From NCBI GenBank assembly GCA_964499635.1, contig CAZCLY010000011.1:97424-161423 (forward strand): 64,000 nt of DNA, written 5' to 3'. This document shows positions 9,672 through 17,871 of this stretch, piece by piece. This DNA comes from an uncultured Gemmatimonadota bacterium (lineage in GTDB: Bacteria; Gemmatimonadota; Gemmatimonadetes; Palauibacterales; Palauibacteraceae). How positions within the stretch are numbered: the first letter of the stretch is position 1; the number at the start of each line of letters is the position of its first letter. A program made the translations under genes and the position numbers. Under the pieces are notes generated by a model, which was not told where the DNA came from, made no database searches, and was given only the letters and a program-made list of their open reading frames with translations.

Positions 9672-11111
9672 ATGAGGATCTCGAGGGTCCTCGCGGTGGT
9701 GATCGGTGCGGGACTCCCCGCGCCGGGGCTCGTCGGGGTCGTGGCGGCGAGCGTGCGACCGCTGGCCGCTCAGGGAACGACGCCGGGCAGTCGGGGAGCG
9801 GCCTCCGTACCCGCCGGCGCGCGGCGGCCCCCGGGCCCGATGCCGCGGATCCTCCCGTTGCGCGAGCGGGCCGCGGTCATCGATCGCTGGCTCGAGCGAC
9901 GGCTGGACACCGTGATCCCGGACGTCATGCGCCGCGCCGGCATCGACCTGTGGATCATCGCCGCGCGCGAATACGACGAGGATCCGGTCATCGAGACGCT
10001 GCTTCCGGCGACGTGGATGGCCGCACGGCGCCGCACCGTGCTCATCTTCCACGACCGGGGCTCCGAACAGCCGGTGGAGCGCCTCGCGGTGGCCCGCTAC
10101 GACATCGGGTCCTTCCAGCGGGCGTGGGATCCCGATGTGCAGCCGGATCAATGGGGTCGCGTCGCCGAGATCGTGGCGGCGCGCGACCCGCGCCGGATCG
10201 CGGTGGACCGATCCGAGACGTTCGCGCTCGCCGATGGGCTGTCGGGGACCGAATACGACGCGCTGCTGGCGGCCCTTCCGCCGGTGTACCGCGACCGGAT
10301 CGTGCCGGCCGGGGGGCTGGCGATCGGGTGGCTCGAGACGCGCACGCCGGAGGAGATGGAGGTCTACCCGCAGATCGTCCGCATCGCGCACCGGATCATC
10401 GCGGAGGGGTTGAGCTCGGCCGTGATCCAGCCGGGTGTGACCAGCACGGCGGATGTGGAGTGGTGGTACCGGGAGCGGATCGCCGGGCTGGAGCTCGACA
10501 CGTGGTTCCACCCCAGCGTTTCGGTCCAGCGTCGAGACCCCGGTGCCACCGGCGCTGCGGGCGGCGACTTCTCGGCGCCCCCTGACGAGAGCGTGATCCG
10601 CCCCGGAGATCTGCTGCACGTGGACTTCGGGATCACCTACCTGCGTCTCAACACCGACACGCAGCAGCACGCGTACGTGCTACGCCCCGGCGAGTCCGAT
10701 GCCCCGGAGGGCCTGAAGCGCGCGATCGGCGTCGCGAATCGGCTCCAGGACGCCCTCACGGACAGCTTCGTGACGGGCCGCACGGGGAACGAGATCCTGC
10801 GGGCGGCGCTCGAGCGAGCCCGGACCGAGGGCATCGACGCGACCATCTACACCCATCCGATCGGGTTCCACGGACACGCGGCCGGCCCCACGATCGGACT
10901 CTGGGATCGGCAGGGCGGGGTGCCCGGCCGCGGCGACTACCCCCTGTTCCCGAATACGGCGTACTCGATCGAGCTCAACGCGGCCGTCGCGATTCCCGAG
11001 TGGGGCGGACAGATCGTGCGCATCATGCTCGAGGAGGACGCGTTCTTCGATGGCGAGGTCGTGTGGTACATCGACGGGCGGCAGACGCGGGTGTGGCTCG
11101 TTCCGCGCTGA
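9672..11111 (+). CDS. M24 family metallopeptidase (Xaa-Pro aminopeptidase-like), secreted
   Basis: GDLLHVDFG, LNTDTQ, YTHPIGFHGHAAG, SIEL and LEED metal ligands; N-terminal signal ending LAAQ. Confidence 0.9.
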   Translation: MRISRVLAVVIGAGLPAPGLVGVVAASVRPLAAQGTTPGSRGAASVPAGARRPPGPMPRILPLRERAAVIDRWLERRLDTVIPDVMRRAGIDLWIIAAREYDEDPVIETLLPATWMAARRRTVLIFHDRGSEQPVERLAVARYDIGSFQRAWDPDVQPDQWGRVAEIVAARDPRRIAVDRSETFALADGLSGTEYDALLAALPPVYRDRIVPAGGLAIGWLETRTPEEMEVYPQIVRIAHRIIAEGLSSAVIQPGVTSTADVEWWYRERIAGLELDTWFHPSVSVQRRDPGATGAAGGDFSAPPDESVIRPGDLLHVDFGITYLRLNTDTQQHAYVLRPGESDAPEGLKRAIGVANRLQDALTDSFVTGRTGNEILRAALERARTEGIDATIYTHPIGFHGHAAGPTIGLWDRQGGVPGRGDYPLFPNTAYSIELNAAVAIPEWGGQIVRIMLEEDAFFDGEVVWYIDGRQTRVWLVPR

Positions 11112-11204
11112 CAGGGCCTGGATCGGGGTGTTCTTCCTGCGCGTGGGGTACACGCTGTTCCGGGGCGACACGCGCGATGGTTGCGAGGCGGGACCCGAAG
11201 CCCG

Positions 11205-11678
11205 TTGAGCCGATACGCGCTCGAGCGGCTCCTGGGGTTCGCGCTCTTGTTCGTCGGTCTCGAGCTGGTGACGTCGCTCACCTGGTGGACGGTCCACGGA
11301 GCCGATCGACGGCGGATCGGAGCGCTGGGGCCGAGGATCGAGGCCGCCTCGGAGGCGATCCGTGCCGAGCGTGAATGGTCGTCGCGCAGGCGGGAGGTGG
11401 CGGAGCTGCTGGATGAGATGTCCGGGCGGATCGAGGCCGGGGTCGAGACGTTCCCCGACCGCGCGGCGTACGACAGCCTGCGGGCGGAGCACGCCCGGCT
11501 GATCCGGCTCTGGAACGCGGGGATCCCGGAGCACGAGCGGCGGAACGCGCGTCTCGACTCGCTGGCCGCGGAACACGATCGGCTGGTCGCGGCATGGAGG
11601 GCGGCGTATCGTCGGGCATATCCGGGCTGGTCGCTGCTCCCCCGTCCGGACCCGCCCCGACACGTCGCGGGGCGCTGA
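11205..11678 (+). CDS. Hypothetical membrane-anchored coiled-coil protein
   Basis: N-terminal TM segment then an E/R/A-rich helix; start TTG 11205 or 11181. Confidence 0.6.
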   Translation: MSRYALERLLGFALLFVGLELVTSLTWWTVHGADRRRIGALGPRIEAASEAIRAEREWSSRRREVAELLDEMSGRIEAGVETFPDRAAYDSLRAEHARLIRLWNAGIPEHERRNARLDSLAAEHDRLVAAWRAAYRRAYPGWSLLPRPDPPRHVAGR

Positions 11679-11688
11679 CGGAGAGCCG

Positions 11689-12396
11689 ATGAGCGGGTCG
11701 AGGATCTCGATGCACAGCTCGCCACGCCGACGGGCCCTTCCGACGGTCGCGTGGCGCGGGGCCGGCGCGCTCGGGGCACTGCTCGGTCTGGCGCTCGCGG
11801 CCGGGCCCCTCCACGGGCAGGGCCCGGACTCCCCCGCGGCGGAGGACGCATGGTGGAGGGAGCTCGGGGGACCAGGCCCCGGGCTGCACGTGATCGAGGT
11901 GGACTCCACCTATCGGATCCGAGGCCACGACTACGACGACCTCCTGCGCGAGATGCGCCGCAAGGGCCCCGGAACCGATGAGATCGGCACCCGGCTCGGC
12001 GTGCACGTGGCCCGCTGGCGCTGGAGCTACGACTACTGGACGGGTGGCCGCAACGGACGTTGCCGTGTGACCGACGTGAGTGTCGCGCTGCGGTCGATCA
12101 TCGTTCTGCCGGAGTGGGTCCGGGAGCCGGGCGCATCGGCCGACCTCGTCCGGCGCTGGCCCCGCTTTCGGGACGCCCTCGTCGAACACGAGATGGGGCA
12201 CCGAAACCGGGCCCGCGCGCAGGGCGTCGTGCTCTGGCAGTCGCTTCTCGGCCTGCAGGCCGAGACGTGCGAGGAGCTCAGGACGCTGGTGTCGGAGACG
12301 GCCACGCGGGTGGTGTCGGAGGGCGAAGCGGCCCAGCTCGAATACGATCGCGACACCGCGCACGGGCTGAGGCAAGGCGCGGTCTGGCCTCCCTGA
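11689..12396 (+). CDS. DUF922-family predicted Zn-dependent protease, secreted
   Basis: YRIRG..DLLREMRRKGP, LPEW, HEMGH zincin motif, YDRDTAHG..QGA. Confidence 0.8.
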   Translation: MSGSRISMHSSPRRRALPTVAWRGAGALGALLGLALAAGPLHGQGPDSPAAEDAWWRELGGPGPGLHVIEVDSTYRIRGHDYDDLLREMRRKGPGTDEIGTRLGVHVARWRWSYDYWTGGRNGRCRVTDVSVALRSIIVLPEWVREPGASADLVRRWPRFRDALVEHEMGHRNRARAQGVVLWQSLLGLQAETCEELRTLVSETATRVVSEGEAAQLEYDRDTAHGLRQGAVWPP

Positions 12397-12512
12397 ACGG
12401 CCCCGAAAGCGTCGCGGATGCGTGTCGTGCGGTGGAAGACGCCCGGGGGACGCGGGTCAGGGACTCCACCGCGGCCGGTGCCGCCGCGGTCCCATGCGAG
12501 AGGAGCCCGGGC

Positions 12513-13913
12513 TCACGGGTCCCGGTTCAGGGCACGCCGCAACGCGGCGGCCAGCTGGTGGCGATCGATCCGTTCGAAGCCTCCCCCCCTCATGACCATG
12601 CCGAGCGCCCACATCGCCTGTTTCTGGACGTCGGGGTCTTCGTCGTCCAGGGCGTCCATCAGGGCATCGGCGGCCGCGGGATCCTCGATCATCCCGAGCG
12701 CCCAGGCCGCCTGGGAGCGTACATCGGCGTCCGCATCGCGCAGCGCATCGATGAGACCGGAGGTGGCGTCGCGGGACTCGATCATGCCCAGACCCCACGC
12801 CGCCTGTGCGCGCACCTTCGTGTCGGCGTCACGCAGACCGCCGAGCAGCGGGGCCACACCGTCCGCGTGCTCGATCATCCCGAGTCCCCAGGCCGCCTGC
12901 GCGCGCACGTCCGCGTCCTCGTCCCCCATGGCCCTCGCGAGGGGCGCGACCCCGTCCGGGTGCTCGATCATCCCCAGTCCCCACGCCGCCTGCGATCGCA
13001 CCTCGGCGTCGGTGTCGCCGATCGCCACTCCGAGGGCCGGCACGGCGTCGGCGTCGTCGATCATCCCGAGCGCCCAGGCCGCCTGGCTACGCGTCTTCCC
13101 ATCCGCATCCCCGCGCACCGCGCGCCCCAGCGCCTCGACGGCGTCGGGGCTCTCGATCATCCCGAGCGCCCACGCCGCCCGGGACCGGACCGGGGCGGTC
13201 CGATCGCGTCCCAGCACCCGAACGAGGGGAGCGACGGCCCGCGGGCTCTCGATCATCCCGAGCGCCATGGCGGCGTTCTCCCGCCCCACCGCATCCTCTC
13301 CCTCGAGCACGTCGATGAGGGGCTCGAGCACCTCGGTCCCCAGCTCCTCCAGGGCGATCGCGGCCTCACGGCCCGGCGAGCTCTCGTCCCAGCGTCCGTG
13401 GTTCCACCGGTTCCCCTGATTGCGGCACAGGCGGCCCTCCACCTCGGTCCCGTCCGTGAGCAGCGCGAGCAGCGGCTCGCGGGCCCGACGGACGTCGTCG
13501 GCCCGCATCCGGCCGAGGGCGCAGGCGGCCATGGCGCGATCGGTGGCGCTCGATGACCCGAGCTGGCGAATGAGCGCATCCGCGTCCTGCGCTGCGGCGG
13601 TGGGCCACGGGAGCTCGAGCGGGGGCACGACGATCGGCCCGGACGGCCCGGGAGGCGTCGGAGCCGGGGCCGGCGCGGGTCCCGCGTCGGGGTGGAGGAG
13701 GGTGGCCGGGGCGGGTGCTACGACCGGAGCGGGCCACGCCGCTGGGGCCGACGCCACACCGGGGGTGGCGGGAGGCGGACCGACGACGGGGGCGGGGGCC
13801 GGAGCCGGGGCGCCCGATATGGGTCGTTCCTGGGCCAGACCGGGCGCGAGAACACCGATCGTGCCCACGCACATGCCGGCGAATCCGATCCATGCGCTTC
13901 CGTTCCGATGCAT
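12513..13913 (-). CDS. Secreted HEAT-repeat (HEAT_2/PBS-lyase-like) protein with Pro/Ala-rich stalk
   Basis: Signal peptide ending GLAQ, P/A-rich linker, eight 31-32 aa repeats (xQAAW[AG]LGMIE) plus two degenerate ones; AGGAG RBS before ATG 13913. Confidence 0.9.
   Translation of the reverse strand: MHRNGSAWIGFAGMCVGTIGVLAPGLAQERPISGAPAPAPAPVVGPPPATPGVASAPAAWPAPVVAPAPATLLHPDAGPAPAPAPTPPGPSGPIVVPPLELPWPTAAAQDADALIRQLGSSSATDRAMAACALGRMRADDVRRAREPLLALLTDGTEVEGRLCRNQGNRWNHGRWDESSPGREAAIALEELGTEVLEPLIDVLEGEDAVGRENAAMALGMIESPRAVAPLVRVLGRDRTAPVRSRAAWALGMIESPDAVEALGRAVRGDADGKTRSQAAWALGMIDDADAVPALGVAIGDTDAEVRSQAAWGLGMIEHPDGVAPLARAMGDEDADVRAQAAWGLGMIEHADGVAPLLGGLRDADTKVRAQAAWGLGMIESRDATSGLIDALRDADADVRSQAAWALGMIEDPAAADALMDALDDEDPDVQKQAMWALGMVMRGGGFERIDRHQLAAALRRALNRDP
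12590..13290 (-). repeat. Coding tandem repeat with 93/96-bp period (HEAT units)
   Basis: TCGATCAT anchor at 12685, 12778, 12871, 12964, 13057, 13153 and 13249. Confidence 0.9.
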
Positions 13914-13933
13914 TTCCGTCTCCTGGGACCCCA

Positions 13934-13949
13934 TGGTAGAAAATTAGCA
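13934..13949. promoter_or_regulatory. Putative BlaI-family operator (degenerate)
   Basis: TGGTAG-AAAA-TTAGCA matches TGCTAA-N4-TTAGCA at 10 of 12 positions; 20 bp upstream of the HEAT gene start. Confidence 0.7.
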
Positions 13950-14040
13950 CTGCGTGCCCCGGAAAAAGCCCGACGCATCGGGCTCTCTCCCCACCCGCGG
14001 GGGCCGGCACGGCTGCCGACGCGCCGCGCCGGCCGCGGCC

Positions 14041-15969
14041 CTATCCGATCACCATCCCCAGCGCCCACATGGCCTGCTTGGCGACTTCCTCGCTCTCGTC
14101 CTCGAGCGCGTCGACGAGCGCGTCGGCCGCGGAACGGTCCTGGATCATGCCGAGCGCCCACGCGGCCTGACTCCGGACATGTGCGGACGCATCGGAGCGC
14201 AGGGCCACGATGAGTCCCTCGACAGCCGACGAGCTCTCGATCATGCCGAGCGCCCAGGCGGCCTGACTGCGGACGCTCTCCGAATCGTCGTCGAGGGCCA
14301 CCAGCAGCGGCTCGACCCCGTCGCGGCTCTCGATCATGCCGAGCGCCCACGCGGCCTGGCTGCGGACCTCGGCGTTCTCGTCCCGGATGGCGATGGTCAA
14401 CGCCGGCACGCCGTCGGGGCTCTCGATCATGCCGAGGGCCCAGGCGACCTTGCTGCGCACGCCAGCATCCGGGTCCTGGATCGCGGCCCCGAGCGGCTCG
14501 ACGGCGAGGGGCGACTCCATGGTCCCCAGAGTCTGGGCGGCCTGCCGGCGGAAATCGGCGCTCTCGTGGTGGAGGGCGCGGACCATGACTGCCACGAAGC
14601 GCTCATCGGTCGTGTCGGTCACGGCCGGTCGCGCGACTTCCTGCCACGGTGCCGCGTCCGGCCCGGCGGCGCTTGGCGGTGCGGCATGCGGTCCTGTCGC
14701 GACCTCGGGTCTGGGGCGGGGGTCGGTCACGATCCGGGGCACGGCGATCGACCGTGCGGCGGACAGCTCCTCGAGGTGCGAAGACCCGGTGTCCGACGGC
14801 GGCACGACGGATGGGATCGGTGGCTTCCCGGCGTCCTGCTCGGACCGGAGCCCGGTGGGGGCGGCCTGGAATGCGGCCAGCGGGAGCACCGCCGCGGTCA
14901 CGGCGATGCAGGCCACCAGCGAGCGGACGCGCCCCAGCCCTCTCCGGTCGCGCGCAGGATCGAGGATCGCGAGCAGCCGGCCCTCGAGCTCCGACGGCCG
15001 CGCCATCGACACGGCCGCGCGCGCCAGGCGTCGATCGCCGCGCGCGCGCGCGACGTCGAGCAGCAGCCGGGCGTAGTCGGCGCTCCGCGTCCCGGCGGTC
15101 AGCACCATGTCGTCACACGCCCGCTCGCGTTCGGCCCGCAGCCGCCTGGCACCGATCCAGGCCAGCGGGTTCATCCAGTGGACGGCGCGCGTCGCCTGTG
15201 CGAGCAGATGGACGAGGCAGTCGCGCCGCTTGACGTGCGCGAGCTCGTGGAGAGCCACGGCGCGCCGCCGCTCCGACGACCAGGCCAGCGCGTCGCACGG
15301 AAGGAGGAGGGCGGGCCGCAATATTCCCCACGCCATCGGCGTCCCCACCCACGGGCTCACGCGGACGCGCACCTCGCCGGGGATGCCGAGCGTCTCCTTC
15401 AGCTGCGCGATCGTGCGCTTCCACCCCGCGTCCTCGAGCGGGGCGGCCACGCGGCTCGTCCACCAGGCGGACACCACGCCCACCATGAGTCGCGTCAGGA
15501 AGAGGAGGGCGCCGGCCAGCCAGATGAGCGGCCCGAGCCGCCACACCGAACCGATGGAGGGGGCTACGGGCCGCACGGTAGTACTCACTCCGGGGGGTAA
15601 GGCGCCCGCGCCGGACCCGGATGCGATGGGCGCTTCGGACCGGCGACCGTCGGGCGCGACGGTGAGCGGTCGGGACGCCGTGGGGGCCGCGGCCGCGGGA
15701 GGAGCCACCTCGGGATCGCGCGTCGCGACCGGCCACCCCGGCACCGTCACGCGCCACGAGGGCAAGGTGCCGGCGAGCACGGGCAGGGCAAGGACCGCGG
15801 CGAACGCGAGCGTCCACACGTGGTGACGGACGGAGGCCGAGGAGCCGCGCAGCGCGAGGGTCGCGACCAGGGCCGCGAGCAGGAGAACGGCGCTCTTCAG
15901 CGCGACATCTGCCATGAAAGGGATCCAGGCGCCCGCGGCGCCGCTCAGCCACTCGGTCAGCACGGCCAT
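14041..15969 (-). CDS. BlaR1/MecR1-like M56 peptidase with C-terminal HEAT-repeat domain
   Basis: SASVRHHVW, PLIWLAG, TPMAWG..RP, HELAHVKRRD, HWMNPLAW, ERERACDD and LEGRLLAIL, then a TM segment, a Pro-rich linker and six HEAT repeats. Confidence 0.93.
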   Translation of the reverse strand: MAVLTEWLSGAAGAWIPFMADVALKSAVLLLAALVATLALRGSSASVRHHVWTLAFAAVLALPVLAGTLPSWRVTVPGWPVATRDPEVAPPAAAAPTASRPLTVAPDGRRSEAPIASGSGAGALPPGVSTTVRPVAPSIGSVWRLGPLIWLAGALLFLTRLMVGVVSAWWTSRVAAPLEDAGWKRTIAQLKETLGIPGEVRVRVSPWVGTPMAWGILRPALLLPCDALAWSSERRRAVALHELAHVKRRDCLVHLLAQATRAVHWMNPLAWIGARRLRAERERACDDMVLTAGTRSADYARLLLDVARARGDRRLARAAVSMARPSELEGRLLAILDPARDRRGLGRVRSLVACIAVTAAVLPLAAFQAAPTGLRSEQDAGKPPIPSVVPPSDTGSSHLEELSAARSIAVPRIVTDPRPRPEVATGPHAAPPSAAGPDAAPWQEVARPAVTDTTDERFVAVMVRALHHESADFRRQAAQTLGTMESPLAVEPLGAAIQDPDAGVRSKVAWALGMIESPDGVPALTIAIRDENAEVRSQAAWALGMIESRDGVEPLLVALDDDSESVRSQAAWALGMIESSSAVEGLIVALRSDASAHVRSQAAWALGMIQDRSAADALVDALEDESEEVAKQAMWALGMVIG

Positions 15970-16373
15970 GAGACGTTCTCCTCGGCTGCCTCTCGTTCGC
16001 GGGCGTCCTCGATGAGCTTCGACAGGCGCTCGAGCTCGGATTCGGAGAGTCGGGATGCGTCGTCGTCCAGGAGGGCGGCCATGGTCTGCTCGGCCGACCC
16101 GTTGAAGAAGGTGTCCACCAGGTGACGCAGGGCCGTCCGCTTCGCCGTGTCCTTGGCCAGCGCGGGCCGGTACACGTACCGCGGACCCTCCTGCTGGTGC
16201 GTGATGTGCCCCTTCTCCTCGAGGATCCGGAGGTGTGCCCGCACCGCCGAATAGCTGGGCGGATTGGGCAGATCCTCCTGGACCTCCGCGACGCTGGCCT
16301 CCCCACGCCGGAACAACACGTCCATGATCTGGCGCTCCCGCCGACTGAGCTTGTGTTGAAGCGGTTCCACCAT
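15957..16373 (-). CDS. BlaI/MecI/CopY family repressor
   Basis: LSRRERQIMDVL, PSYSAVRAHLRILEEKG, YVYRP and LVDTFFNGS. Confidence 0.95.
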   Translation of the reverse strand: MVEPLQHKLSRRERQIMDVLFRRGEASVAEVQEDLPNPPSYSAVRAHLRILEEKGHITHQQEGPRYVYRPALAKDTAKRTALRHLVDTFFNGSAEQTMAALLDDDASRLSESELERLSKLIEDAREREAAEENVSWPC

Positions 16374-16429
16374 TCGTCCCGTACCTCTCCCCGGTATGTT
16401 GCTCGGACACGCGCCGCGTGCGTTTTCGT

Positions 16430-16464
16430 TGCTAAGGGATTAGCACACTGCTAATTGTTTAGCA
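16430..16464. promoter_or_regulatory. Tandem palindromic operators TGCTAA-N4-TTAGCA (16430-16445 and 16449-16464)
   Basis: Two perfect AT-rich inverted repeats directly upstream of the repressor gene. Confidence 0.85.
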
Positions 16465-16484
16465 TCCATGGCGCGGCGTGTCAA
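16456..16484 (-). promoter_or_regulatory. Sigma70-type promoter for the blaI-like operon
   Basis: TTGACA-17 bp-TAAACA, preceded by TGn; the -10 lies inside the second operator. Confidence 0.65.
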
Positions 16485-16548
16485 GGGCGGCCGGTCGGGT
16501 CCCGCGGGGTGCCCGTCGCCGGCCCCGGCACGTGAGGGATGAGGAGCG

Positions 16549-17820
16549 ATGCGAGGAGCGCCGGGTCCCGGGTCTGTGTTCGCGGCGTCTGGCGCCGCCC
16601 CGACCGCCGTGTGCGCACTCCTCCTGGCCGCGGGGTGCCGGGCGGCCCCCGACGGCGGGCACGGCCCGACGCCGGTCGCGATCCGCAACGTGACCGTCAT
16701 CCCCATGACGCCGGGCGGGGAGACCCTGACCGCTGCGACCGTGGTCGTCGAGGGGGACCGCATCACCTCGATCGACGGAGTGCGGCCGGGGAGCGGGCCG
16801 CCATCGGCAGCCGCGGCCGACGAGGTCGGAGAGCGGATCCCGCCGGGCTCGGACGTCATCGATGGCACGGGCCGTTACCTCATCCCCGGGCTCATCGAGA
16901 TGCGCGCGCGCACCTCGAAGACGCGGGGCTCCTCGCTGGGGTTGTACGTGGCGAACGGGGTCACGACCCTTCGCGACGTGGAGGATGACGACGAGGAGCT
17001 CCCGCGCTGGCGGGACGAGATCGAGACCGGCGAGCGTCTCGGCCCGCGCCTGCTCCTCGGCGGACGGCGCCCCGAGTCCGGGGCCGACCTTCTCGAGCCC
17101 GGACGGGATGGGATCGAGCGCGTCCTCGAACCGACCCTCGACGGCCTCGACCGCGCGGAGCGCATGGGAGTGTGGCGGCGGTACGCGACGGCCGGAACCC
17201 GGGTCGTGCCGACCCTGGTGACGTTCACGCTGTCCACCTTCCCCGGTCGGGCGCGGCTCGAGGCGCTGGCGGCCGACTCGATCGGCGACCTCGACCCCCG
17301 GCGGCCCTACCTGTCGCGTTTCCTCGAGCTCGATTGGCGCGAGCAGGCGGACGGGGTGGACGAACGGCGGGCGGACATGTACCGGGGGGTGTGGTCCAAC
17401 CGGCTGCGCGACCTGCGCGAGATGCACGAGGCGGGCGTCGACATCCTCGCCGGCTCCGACGCCGGGGTGATCGGGATCTTCCCGGGCTGGTCGCTGCACG
17501 AGGAGCTGCGTCTGTTCGTGGACTCGCTCGGGATGACGCCCGCGGAGGCGCTCGCGCGCGCCACCCGCGAGTCGGCCGAGTTCCTCGGGATCGCCGACAG
17601 CGTGGGGTCGATCGCCGAAGGTCGGGTGGCCGACCTCGTGCTGCTCGACGGCGACCCGCTGGAGGACATCGGGAACACGCGGCGCATCGCCGCCGTGCTC
17701 CTGCGCGGGACGCCCTACCGGGAGGAGGACCTCGAGCGCATCCTCCAGCAGGTGCTCATGGCGCCCGATCAGCGCGCGAGCGACCGGCCGCGCGAGCCCC
17801 CGGCGGCCGACTCGACGTGA
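16549..17820 (+). CDS. Amidohydrolase-fold lipoprotein, probably catalytically degenerate
   Basis: Lipobox LAAGC; IDGTGRYLIPGLIEM, ANGVTTLRD, AGSDAG and GRVADLVLLDGDPLEDI. The HxH motif reads RAR. Confidence 0.8.
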   Translation: MRGAPGPGSVFAASGAAPTAVCALLLAAGCRAAPDGGHGPTPVAIRNVTVIPMTPGGETLTAATVVVEGDRITSIDGVRPGSGPPSAAAADEVGERIPPGSDVIDGTGRYLIPGLIEMRARTSKTRGSSLGLYVANGVTTLRDVEDDDEELPRWRDEIETGERLGPRLLLGGRRPESGADLLEPGRDGIERVLEPTLDGLDRAERMGVWRRYATAGTRVVPTLVTFTLSTFPGRARLEALAADSIGDLDPRRPYLSRFLELDWREQADGVDERRADMYRGVWSNRLRDLREMHEAGVDILAGSDAGVIGIFPGWSLHEELRLFVDSLGMTPAEALARATRESAEFLGIADSVGSIAEGRVADLVLLDGDPLEDIGNTRRIAAVLLRGTPYREEDLERILQQVLMAPDQRASDRPREPPAADST

Positions 17821-17871
17821 GCCCGAAGCTCGACCTCGAGACGGTTCGGCGAGCGCCTGTCCCGGGGGACG

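Noticed and set aside
12590-14540. Regularly spaced DNA repeats resembling a CRISPR array
   Set aside because: The 93/96-bp period is in frame, degenerate at third positions and encodes HEAT repeats; no cas genes.
14041-16373. Beta-lactam resistance locus
   Set aside because: No penicillin-binding sensor domain and no beta-lactamase or PBP gene nearby.
14041-16410. BlaI-BlaR fusion suggested by the 789-aa ORF
   Set aside because: The N-terminal extension is an alternative frame over blaI; the real start is ATG 15969.
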